Below are positions 41,497-52,871 of a stretch of DNA of 64,000 bases, one piece after another. Below the pieces are notes generated by a model that saw nothing but the letters and a program-made list of their open reading frames with translations, did not search any database and was not told the DNA's origin. Source of the stretch: Paraspadella gotoi (lineage: Eukaryota > Animalia > Chaetognatha); NCBI GenBank assembly GCA_051294375.1, contig CM119264.1, forward strand, positions 6,337,624 to 6,401,623. The letters run 5' to 3'. Numbering within the stretch: position 1 is the stretch's first letter; each line of letters starts with the position of its first letter. Both the position numbers and the translations under genes were made by a program.

Positions 41497-44400
41497 ATGG
41501 CAAAGCAGGAGGAAATATTAACATTAAAGTGGATTATGATTGGGATTATCATGATTTTATCTCTGTTGGGGATCTCTCTGCAACTCTTTCTTGCTTTCAA
41601 GACCAAAGGAGCAATGAAAGTTTTTTTTATTGTTGAATATGTCACCCTCATCTCGTTGTTTGTCAGCGGCTATTTGGATACAATGAGCAATATTTACAGA
41701 AAAGACGTCAGATGCAACTGGGTTAGACAGTAAGTAAATTTTAGAGGATGAGGTTTAAGCTCAAAATACACTGCGGCTCAAAAAAAAAAAGACACTTCTT
41801 TCACACCGAAAAAACTATATTGGATGGATGAATTTCACTAAGATATAAAAATATAAAATAAAGCTTATTAAAAGATAAAGCTATTAGTCCAAATCCTATT
41901 AAAATCCATCAAAGCATCAGAAATTTATAGGACGTCAAAGTCAATTGGTATAAAACATCTGATGAGAATAAATTAATTTTAATCAAGAAGAGTCTCTAAC
42001 TTTTTCTTATTATATTTAAAATATAAAATTAGCTGAACAAATTCAGCATCAAATATCTGTAAGGATAAGAATCTACCATTTTCAACCTAAATCAAATTAA
42101 AATAAGTAGGGAAACTATATAAAAAAAAAAAGCATTTGAGTGATAACTTACCCAAGGTTAATTTCAAAGCTTTTTCACATCAAAGTTTTTTCTTTATGGC
42201 ATCTTGTGTTAAAGCAGACTAATATAAACTCTTACAATTATATTAAAATTTATTTTTTTATTTCTATCATAAATTACGTTTTGATTTTAAGATAATTTTA
42301 AAAAAATTGATTGTTTTCAATATTTATTATTAAAATGCTATATTTGGCTGCAATTAAAAAAATATTTTTATAAAAAAAAACATAGAGTCGAAACATGTCC
42401 TTAGAAACTGTTAAATAAATTGTTGTTCATAAATGAATTTTTGTTATACTCCTTAAACACACAAACAACAAAAAGAAAGATCGAATACAATATAAAAAAG
42501 CAATAATTTCTTGCCAACCTTTTTATATGTTTAATTCCATTATGATTAATTCTATATTGTAAACATCAGTCAGAAAAAAAAGTATCAGCAACACTAACCT
42601 TTAGGAATCACTTTTTCCCAATTTCAGTTTAAGACTCTGACTTTAAAATCTTGCTATATTCTACTGCCTGAACCAATTCAAATTTGTATTGCACCAATCG
42701 ATAGCTCTTTAATAGAGCTATGCTTTTTATATATATTTTCTAAAAATTAAAAAAGAAATAGTGGTGTATTTAAATCTACCTAGTGTCACATTTTTTTTGC
42801 GCTGCAGTGTAGATGTAGCAAATAAAATCAATCAATTAATAAATGAATTTCCTTTTCTACAATTAACCATTAAGGCCTAGTGAAAGTTATGGATCAAAAT
42901 TCGAATAGTTGTTAATGAGCAGTCTTGTACTAAAGAACATTAATATATAAAAAAAATTAATTAATGAATTTTCGCACACGCCCATATTTCTACATAGAAA
43001 ATGTCAAAATTTAAAAAAAAGTTTTTTCTTAGTTTTAAAAGCAGATTCGAATTCCGCATAAAAAGTTGATGAAAGAAAATATAAGTCTTAATAAAAAATT
43101 CTTTCATTAAGTTAGTAAAAATTAAAAAAATATATTTTTTATACTAAATTAAATTACAGGTTAACTATAACAGTTTTTTTAGGATTGTGTCCCACTTAAT
43201 GAAATATTTTTTTAAAAAGAGTTATATTTCCTTCTATCGTGAGTAATTCAAATCTGCTTTTAAAAATAGGAAAAAACCATTTTAAAATTTTTACGTTTTC
43301 TATGTCTACTGAGTACTATGTATAAACATGGGCTAATGCGAAAATAGAAAAATAAAAATTTTTCGGAGCAAAATTTAACCAAAATATAAAAAGATATATA
43401 GATTAGGATTTATGATCTCCTATAAATTACTAAACATAAGAGTTTAAAACTTACAGCGTAAAAAGAAAATGTGGAAAGACTCAATAATATAATAAAAGTT
43501 TTAATATATACTTAAAAACAAACAAGTTTGAGCAAACAATGCCGGTCATTAGGCCGTAGGCAGCAAATCAATTAATTTATTTATTAACTAATTAATTAAC
43601 TAATTTATTAAATATATAATTAAATGATTTTAATTGAAAATTAATTAAATTAAAATTAATTAATTTACAGTAATTAGTCTCTCTCTCTTTCTCACTTTTC
43701 CATCCTCTTTTCCCTCAGCCATTTAAATTGATTAATTATTTATTAATTAAATCGATAACTAATTAATTAATTATTTATTTTTTTCATTAATTAGAGTTGT
43801 TGCAGTTTAATAAAAGAAAAAAACATAATAAAATAGTGAAACCGATTTTTTTTTCATTTAAACACATTTCCACTCGGACGATTCCATCAAAACATTTCCT
43901 CACCCACACACAAAATTTGAAGTCATTCTCTTGATCCAATTATGAATAATTAGCGTTCAAAGCTAAGGGGGGACGGACGGACAGACGGACGGACAGACAT
44001 CTTTTTTTTGCATAATTTATCATAATATGATGTTCTAAGATGATGTAAGTGATTAACCGACAAGATTTAGGGGTTGGACCGACGGATCGACAAAGTGAAT
44101 CATAGTGCCGGAATCTGCTATAACCAGATTCGACTAAAAAAGGGAAAAAAAAATAGTATTGTACGAAAAGAATAATCAAATGAAGTCTAATGCTTTTTTT
44201 TCCCCTGCTGCAGTGACAATTTTTATAAAAGTGACAAATTAGCTTCTCACACTTGGTATGGTGCTTATCGTTTTCACTCGATACATACTCAAATAACCAT
44301 GGTGATAGTTGACTATCGCAAGGTTGCTGTGAGCCTAATAATTTTTGACCTGACTCGTATGTTCTGTCAACCTTTGCAGTACAAGGATGACTGGCGAAAA

Positions 44401-44993
44401 AATAGAGCCATTTCTCGCCACCTAATAGCCTTAGCATTTGTCTTTTTCTTTCATGTAAGCAACCTTGCAGAAATGTTCATTTCTGCAATATACGGTACAA
44501 AGGGTGCTCCTTTCTTTCTTTTTTACAACAAATTGGTTATGTTTTACCTCAATACGACTCATGACGTGATTTTAGGCTTCTGTGCAATTATTAACCGAAT
44601 TCGGATAGGAGCAAAGTTAAAAGAAATTAGCTCTTCTGGGTTGAAAAGCAGCAAGCAAATGGATAAATTAATGAAGTACCCAACATTCTGCTCATTTTTA
44701 ATAGTCCTTTTGTTTTTCAACTCTATTGTTGATCGCGTCATACGTGCTTTTGACTTCGTAAAGTATTCGGATATGCTGGTCCAGGCCATGTGGAGATGGG
44801 CCTGGCGCGTTTTACATTTGTTCTTTGGTTCTTTTTTAATGGTTTTCGTTTTGATTTTTTTTCCAAAATCAAGACCCTTTTGCTTTGGAAGTAAATTTTG
44901 TTAATTTATATTTGTTTTTTTTTTTTAACGAAATACTTTTTAAATTTTAGGTTCATGTTTCAAGCGAATTTTCGCTCTTCATCATCGTGAGTA
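41497..44993 (+). CDS. Divergent 7-transmembrane (rhodopsin-like / chemoreceptor-like) GPCR, ~310 aa
   Basis: Exon 41497-41729 (MAKQEEILTLKWIMIGIIMILSLLGISLQLFLAFKTKGAMKVFFIVEYVTLISLFVSGYLD...; two hydrophobic helices) ends CA|GTAAGT. It joins in phase 2 to tgcag|44214-44890 (...VAVSLIIFDLTRMFCQPLQYK...FLMVFVLIFFPKSRP), then either a stop at 44904 or a 60-bp intron to 44951-44993. There are about seven hydrophobic segments. FDLTRMFCQPLQY aligns by eye with the class A TM3/ICL2 motif xDRYxAICxPLxY. Confidence 0.8.
41769..42809. mobile_element. Non-autonomous DNA transposon (MITE) with ~27-bp TIRs and TA flanks, Tc1/mariner-type (duplicate 20044-21074)
   Basis: TA|CACTGCGGCTCAAAAAAAAAAAGACAC ... 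GTGTCACATTTTTTTTGCGCTGCAGTG|TA, with no internal ORF. A lone related end CACTGCGGCGCAAAA occurs at ~15264. Confidence 0.75.
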
Positions 44994-46554
44994 AACAAAC
45001 TTTACAAAATATGTAAAAGTAAGAAACTATCTCTCTCTCTCTCACTCTTGCTTTTTCTAATTTTATAAACTTTGTTCTCCTGCCCTGATGAAGAGCGAAA
45101 ATTAGATTGAAGCATGTACGAAAAATTATAAACATTTTCGTTGCAAAAATAAAAAAATATTTTTAACTAAAGAACAACGAAACGAAAGGAAAACCACCAT
45201 TGATTATAATTATCAAAATTTTTAGTTTCATAAAACCGTTTTCGTGAATTTCAATTATTCTATAAAATTTAGCAACGATGTTATTTTTACAAAGCTGAGT
45301 GAATGAACGAACAAAGTCAAAGTAAAAGATTTTCTCTTAAATGAAAACAAATTTTATTAGTTAGAATCGCTGTATTTTCAAGTCAGTCTCAGTTCCTGAT
45401 TTAAAAAGTTTAATTCATTTCATTCCGATACAGTTTTAAATTAAGTTGTACAATTAGCGTGAGGCTCAATATTTTTTTTGGTTCTATTTTTTTCGAAATT
45501 ATTCATTTTCATGTCTCGTGTTTAATTCTTTTTCTATTAAATCTCAGTGTAGCTATTAACCTGCGTTTTATTTCGAATTCAAAATAGTTGATTTAGTACA
45601 GACGATAACGTCAAGCATTATTACTACTTAAAACGTCATCCTCAGCGAATTAGAATTGCACAATCTCGCAATTACATTGTACGTAAGCATTTGGTTTAAG
45701 ATCAATTCTATTATTCATATTCCTTTTCACAACCACATCAAACTAACAATCCGACACAAAATGTCATGTAATGAAAAAACCTCCATCTTCTTTCGCGCGC
45801 AAAGTTTTTCTTCTTAGAATCTCACGCACACGAACGCGTCGGAGATTTCGGTGGCAAAAAATAGGGGAAAAAAAAGGGGAAAAAAAGGAAATAGGCAAAC
45901 AATCGCACCGACAAACAATTGTTAAGGCCTTTTAAAGCCGAAGAAATGGGGCATAAAACTGACCAAATTTCCCAAACGCGCCAACAAATCTCGCATCAAA
46001 AAAAAAAAAAAAAAAGAAAAAAGAAAAAAGAAAAATAGAAAATCAAAAGAAAACAAGAACGGTAATTCCAATGTGTTGGGCCGCAGTGACTCTATATTCA
46101 TGTGTATTTCCCTTTGATCACATATGACATGATATGACATGATACGACTGACAAACTTTTTTTGCCTGTGTATTTATGACATAAACTGCATCAAATTCGT
46201 CTTTTATTCCTTATGTTTATTTGTTAAAACAAATGAAAAATCAACTAGAGGCAAATTGTATGCATTTTTAATTTAAATAGAACAGACCGACGGACAGACA
46301 TACCAACGGACCGACGGACGGACGGACCGACCGACCGACCGACCGAAAAGAGTTGCTCCGCGAGTACTCGCAGCGCAACTAAAAATAGCGGAGAAAAACG
46401 TCAGTGGCCACAAAATAAGCAAAATAATAGAGTCTGGAGATAATGGAGCGGAAAATAAAATACAGGGATGAAAAGATAAAATGTGATATGGGAAGAACCC
46501 GAAGGAATGCATAATGCTTATTGAAGGACATGAAATAACCATGAAAATTAATAC

Positions 46555-47139
46555 CATTTAAGTAAACAGGGATTTCAATATGAAACCAAATTGGAATTTT
46601 ATTCTCAGAGGGGTATGGTTTGGGTGGTGGAGGATGGGTTCGGGACAGGTCCATACATCTTCCATTGACGTTCGGTTGGTTATTGTTTCTTGCGCTGACC
46701 TGGGTCATCATCTGCTGCATCATTCCGCAGAGATCGTCGATTTTGGACCCGAGGTCGGCTTCGCAGTCCTTCACGCGGCTTTTGAGGACCGCTAACTCCT
46801 GACCGTTTTGAAAATTGACGTCGTTGATGACCTTCAGTACTTGGCGGGTGATTTCGGCTTGTTCATTGCCTGATTGGCAATAATCTTGCAGGTATCCACT
46901 GAGTTCAAAGGTGTGGAACTCGAGTTCTGCTGCGGTGCTGCTACCGTCTTGTCCACTCGCGGCGCTCAAAGTTGGCGTCGCAGCCCCTTTCTTCCATCCT
47001 GCCTTGGCCGGGGGAATGGTTGGGGCGGAGGGGTTGTCCATCTTCTTGGAAGGCGGCGTTGAATCAACTCCTGTTACCACATTTTAAGTAAGTAGACAGG
47101 GATTTCGATATGAAACCAAAGTGGAATTTTATTATCAGA
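46555..47139 (+). repeat. ~55-bp imperfect direct repeats (46555-46609 and 47080-47139) flanking the gag-like fragment
   Basis: CATTTAAGTAAACAGGGATTTCAATATGAAACCAAATTGGAATTTTATTCTCAGA versus CATTTTAAGTAAGTAGACAGGGATTTCGATATGAAACCAAAGTGGAATTTTATTATCAGA. Confidence 0.85.
46610..47079 (-). mobile_element. Ty3/gypsy-like LTR retrotransposon 5' fragment: tRNA-Leu-like PBS plus gag-like N-terminus
   Basis: TGGTAACAGGAGT at 47079-47067 resembles the complement of a tRNA-Leu 3' end. ATG at 47041 opens MDNPSAPTIPP...LGSKIDDLCGMMQQMMTQV...PPPPKP (coiled-coil then Pro-rich). It is a GC-rich, intronless island with no LTR or pol present. Confidence 0.5.
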
Positions 47140-48410
47140 AAATAGACAGTAAACAAGACGGTGTCAAATTCCAGGCAGAGTGAATCAATACAATTTTTGG
47201 TTCCAATTTATACAGTTCCATCGGATCGGAGGTAAGGGCAAAAATCCTCGGCGGATGGAAGCCCATGCCGGTGCCATTTGTCTACTAGCCAATGAGAGGG
47301 TTCCATTCTACTTCCGGCGAATTTTACCCGAGTCGCTGATCCGATTTCGTTTCTTGAGTTTGATTACTCTGAGATGATACCATGATGGAAAAAAAAATTG
47401 TCGCGGTTAATATAATTGTCAAATATATTTTTTGGCCGATAAATATGTTTTAATATGTAATATGACCTCCTTAAGACTGAATAAAAATATTATTTCTCAA
47501 CAGCTAAAAATTATTTAATGCATTCAAATACTTTTCTTTTTTTTGGACTTGTTTCATATTTAGTTTTGATAATACATCCACAGGTAAATAAAAATGATAA
47601 CTTTGCTCATAGAAAGGTTAACCGGAGCCTTATAATTTTTATTCATACTTTACAATATAAAAAGTATATTCTGGAGCATCAATGTATTTTTAATACCACT
47701 CTTTTTTGACATATGAATTCAGATTCATCCCTGAATCTGTCCTAATGAAGATGATGTAATAACTATTTGACATGAGACTGAGAAAAGGCAGGGATTTTTA
47801 ATGGTAACGGTTTAACTCAAAAACTCATATTCTTTTGCATGAAACTCTTGTATTTTTTGTCGTACATAAATGAGACACAGCTCAAATGTATCACAAAAGG
47901 GCAAAGTATTTCGATGTTTAAATTTTATGTTTCGATTCTCACAGTAAAATGCCGAAAAATAGCTGGAAAGTAATCATCAAGGTAGATTTAGCATTATTTA
48001 ATTCTACCGTTTATGGCATTCATTCAAAATAAGGTGTTGTTGCAATGTTAAATTTATAATCCAAGAAAATTGAAACTAATGACAATGCACCAGATACATT
48101 AAATATTCATTCTATGCCAGAATGGAGAACCCTATGTTTTTCACCTACGTTCCTACAAAAACTGCATGAAGTTGATTGCGGCCGTTCTCACCAAAACAAC
48201 CATCACACGTTGCTGGCGACTTTCCTTATAACCAAAGAGCAGGAAAGAAAACCATAATAGGAAAATAAAAGAAAAGAAAGAAAGAAAAAAAAGAAGAAAA
48301 TAGAAAATCTCAAAGAAAAAAGAAAAGAAAGAAAAAAAGGGGAAAAAAGATAAACTTAAATAAAAAAGAGAAAAAGAGATAATCTCGAAGACCCTCAATC
48401 TTGCTCAAGG

Positions 48411-48502
<92 letters not shown>

Positions 48503-48994
48503 GCTCGCCGAGCTTCATATCAGCGAGCGTGCTAGGGACTCATCCTCCAAAGCAAAACGAATAAAAATAAAGGCAGTCTGAGATTTAAAAAAAAAAGATA
48601 TATGCACATCGCATCCAGTAAATAGAGTCTAAGAGTGGGGTTAGTGTTACCGTTTGAAAATTAAAAATCGAGTAAGAATTTTGAAATAAGCTATTGTTTT
48701 CGAAAGGAATAACTGGTCATAATTCCGATTCTTCCGGTCGAAATACTGAGTCAAAGCGGACACGCTCGTCGACCACTTTTTGCGCGCCACCACATCTCCA
48801 CGCCACCACATCCAATCCGACGACCACGACAACCCGAAAACCGCCAAAAGACCCACGTTGATTTATGACTGCCCATAAAGTGCCCACAAAGCGAAGGATA
48901 GAGAGTGAGAGAGAGAGAGTGAGCGCGAAAACGGAAATCTTTTGAAACGTTCTTAGAACGAAAGAGGAGGGGAGACAGAGACAGAGTCAACAAT

Positions 48995-49097
<103 letters not shown>

Positions 49098-50044
49098 GAG
49101 AAGAGAGAAGAGACAGGAATAATAAGTTGCATTCTTAAGTTAACAATGCATACGAAATTCGGTTGTAAGGTAAACATTTTTTGGGCGTTTCCTCTTTTTG
49201 ACTTTCGTTCACTCCACAACGATTTTCTTGGTAGTAAAAAAATGAGAAAGGGAAAAGTAATAGAAACAAAGAAACAATGAAGAAGCTGGAGCTGCCTCGG
49301 TAAGAGTGAAAAAGTATTGAGCAAGAAAACAATAAAAGATGAAGAAGGGTCGGACGGACGATTGGACAGACAGACTTTGCTTACTCGACTATAAGCGGTT
49401 TGTAAAAATAGTTCAAATTTAAATTATTAATTATTATTGAAGTACAATGACGAAATTGAAGGGAGAGATGAGTAATGTACACGTTTACGAAGCAGTAATT
49501 AATGTAAGAGAGTTAGTAAAAACAAATTTCAATTCAATATCATTTAACCCTATCCATTATTCTTTTTAAAACTAAATGATTATCTTTACGAAGTAAAATA
49601 TTCCGATCATAATGCATTCCTTATTATGATTATGTCAATTTAAGAAATCAAGCCCATCCAAAATATTATTACCAGAACGCAATGTAATTAACTAAACATT
49701 TTTTCTAATACTTTTGGTTTAGCTATACAAATTGGCAAATAAAAGAAACAAAGAGAGATCAATAAAATAGTTTTGTAAAAGAATGGACAGACCTCAGACG
49801 AACATTTTGATCGAACAGAAGGGACAAGGTCTTGCGGTAAAAAGGGACCGAAAAAGGAAAAGAAAAGGGGCGGGAGAAAAGAGGCGTTATCGTCGTCGTC
49901 ATCGTAGTCGTCATCGTCGTCGTCATCGTCGGCGTCTTCGTCGTCGCCTTTGCGAGAGAATTCGTTGGCGAGAAACTACGCCGAGTTTGGCGTCAACTTT
50001 GAGGGACCGCGTCAAAGTGGGCGTGGCTATAGACCCGTCCAGGT

Positions 50045-50050
50045 GTGAGG

Positions 50051-50099
<49 letters not shown>

Positions 50100-51562
50100 T
50101 AAGAGAGAGAGAAGAGAGAGAGAGAGAAAGAGAGAGAGATAGACGAGAGAGAGAGAGAGAGAGAGAGCAGAGAGGAGCAGAGAGAGAGAGAGAGGAGGAG
50201 AGCAGAGAGAGAGAGAAAGTTCTGGAGCGCTTTCAGATTCTTTTTTTTAAATAAAATTCATAAAATAAATTTGTCTTTTAGATCAATGATTAAATAGAAT
50301 TGAATTTTGATTTTACTCCAAAAATGAGAAAGAGATCAAGAGAGCGATACATAATGATGGAAATTCATAGTACTAAGTTAAATTAAAGGGATAAAAGAGT
50401 TAAATTGTCAAAATGGGTAAAAACGAGTCAATATTTTTATGTTTAACCAAGTGCTCATTAAACAACGACAACAACAACGACGGAAAAACCGCGAAAATTC
50501 TGACTCGAGATTCGAAAATAGAAATTAAGTGAGGTGAGGCAAGGGGAGAAGGACAGGTGATGAGTGGAGCCCAAAAGTAGCTACGTAGGCATTTTTTTGG
50601 TTTAGAGTGAGGCTCGAAAGCAGCTGCCGAGGTAAGGGGGAAGGTTCAAAAGCCTTACCCATTAAATTTTCTCAACTCCTCCCCGGCCCCGACCAATCTA
50701 GTAATGAGGGGGTTAGAGGGGGCGGTGGAAGTAGAAAATCGTAAAACAGAAAATTAGCGCCATTTTTGTGGATAAGGCGCTACGTGGGCTGAAGATGACT
50801 GTCCGTAACTTCTATAACCCCTCTAGCAGCCATGGAACGGGCCTGGGCTTGGAACCAGGCTTGAGGGTTTGACCATTCCCCCAGGCGGCTTACGGCCGTC
50901 CTCACGCTTCCGCAAGGTAGGTACCGGGTTGGGATTGAACCGGTACCTAGTGGTCATGAGCTGATGGCTTTACTCATGGCCACCGGGTCAAACTGAAAGT
51001 GTCATGATTCTAGGCGGGTGAACCTACGCAATGCCTCGACTACATTTTGAATCACCGATAGTCGCGTGGACTGATGGAGGAAAGAGTGATGAGTGTATAA
51101 AGGTGAGGAAAAAAGGGAACCTCGCGAGAGGAGTGAAGGGAAGAGAAGCCGAAGTGAGACATGAAGATAACGTGAGTGGAAAAAGTATAATTATTGGCGA
51201 GACTAAGAAAGACAGTGAAATAGAAAAAAAGCACTGGCGCGCTGGAGCCGGGCGGGGGGGATGGAAGTTCGGAGATTCACGTCAGTTGATGTCAACGAGA
51301 GACGTCGGCGACGAAAGAATTTAAATTAAAAGATTACGTTAACCAAACGTGAAATGAGAACGTGAATTGATGGTTCATTCCGGAAAGTTTGGGGATGAGT
51401 GGGGGGGGGCGACGTGAAAAGTCACCCACCTCCTTCTAAACCAATCACCGGTCGTGAGGTGAAGAATCTTTAATGAGGGGAAACAGAAATCGAAAACGAA
51501 ATGAAAAGAGATTGAGATGGGAAAGAGAGAGAGAGAGAGATGGAGAGAAGTCTAAATTAATA

Positions 51563-51636
<74 letters not shown>

Positions 51637-51739
51637 AATTAAATGGAGATAAAACGAGTACAAGAGTGACACTAAAATAAAGTTATAAGGAAAAGAAGAA
51701 AAGAAAAGAAAAAAAAAACAAAGACCGAAAAAAAGGGAA

Positions 51740-51775
<36 letters not shown>

Positions 51776-52871
51776 AGATGATGATGATGATGATGTGCTG
51801 ATCTCTCGCGAATCCCAAAGAAAACGTCTGTTTTTATCTCAGCCTTGAAAATCGAAAACTGAAGAAGTCAAAATCTCCCTGACGCAGAAGACAATTGTTG
51901 TTGTCGTCGTCCTCATATTTATTATGATCCTTTATTTTTTTTTTGCCAAAGGCAAAGTCTTTTAAAGTTTCTCGGACGTATTGCCTGCTTTTTTTAAAAA
52001 TACTGTTGACTACATATTGTATTGCATTAGATTTCTCTTTATGCTGTTCGCAGTAGTTTATGCTCTGCTTCTCTCTCTATTGGTTAATACAATAATACAT
52101 GGAGTGTCTTGCTCTCTTTCGAATTGCCAAAGGGCAGAGCCTATTTCTGTGAATGACAGACGACGGTTCACGAAAGCGTCACGCGCGAGATTGTCAAAAG
52201 TACAGTGTTTAAACTTTAAAGTATTTAATGTTGGGGTACAATGGGGTTGCTTGTGTCGGGTAGATTGAAACGTATGCACCTCCTAAAGACACGGTTTGTA
52301 AAATTGTCCACTAAATCATTAAACACATTAGCCCAACAATTACAGGTAATGACCTAAAAACATTCAGTTATGTATTTGTATTAGGGTGTATGAATATCGT
52401 GTTTGTTATTCTGATTTTGCTCTAAAAAAATCAATTCTGTGGATGGAGGGCAGCTTGACTGCCCCAGGGCGTGTCCCATACGTCGAGTCATAAAATACCC
52501 ATAAAAACGCAATAAAATGCATCAGCGAAAAAAAATAGGAGGTGGAAAAAAAATTGACTAAAAATAAGAGGTTTTTGTGGCCAAAAAAAAAGGGACAAAA
52601 ACAAGAAAAATGGAACTAAAAAAACTGGAAAAAATGGCAGAAAAACAAGAAATAAATGAAATAAAAAACGCAACAGAAAAAAGAAGGGAGAGGGAAAAAA
52701 AGAAAAAGAAAATCGGTTAACGTGTTATGAAATCGAGCTCAGAGCCACAATGGCGTCCCCCTTTTGCCAAAGTCCCAATTTGTCATCTGCGTCAAACGGC
52801 CTTCAAGAATGAATTTTTGAAGGCTTTGCATCGCGGGCCCCTTTGGCCAAAAGAGGGGGGGACCGAGAGAA
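50045..52871 (+). repeat. ~2.7-kb duplicated segment, copy A (copy B ~58015-60632)
   Basis: Colinear from the (AG)n tract through GAAAGAGATCAAGAGAGCGATACATAATG to CCTTTGGCCAAAAGAGGGGGGGACCGAGAGAA. Confidence 0.9.
50767..51044. mobile_element. 278-bp insertion with TG...CA ends and a TTTT target duplication (solo LTR or tRNA-derived SINE)
   Basis: tttt|TGTGGATAAGGC...GCCTCGACTACA|tttt. It is absent from the paralogous site in copy B and GC-rich relative to its flanks. Confidence 0.75.
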
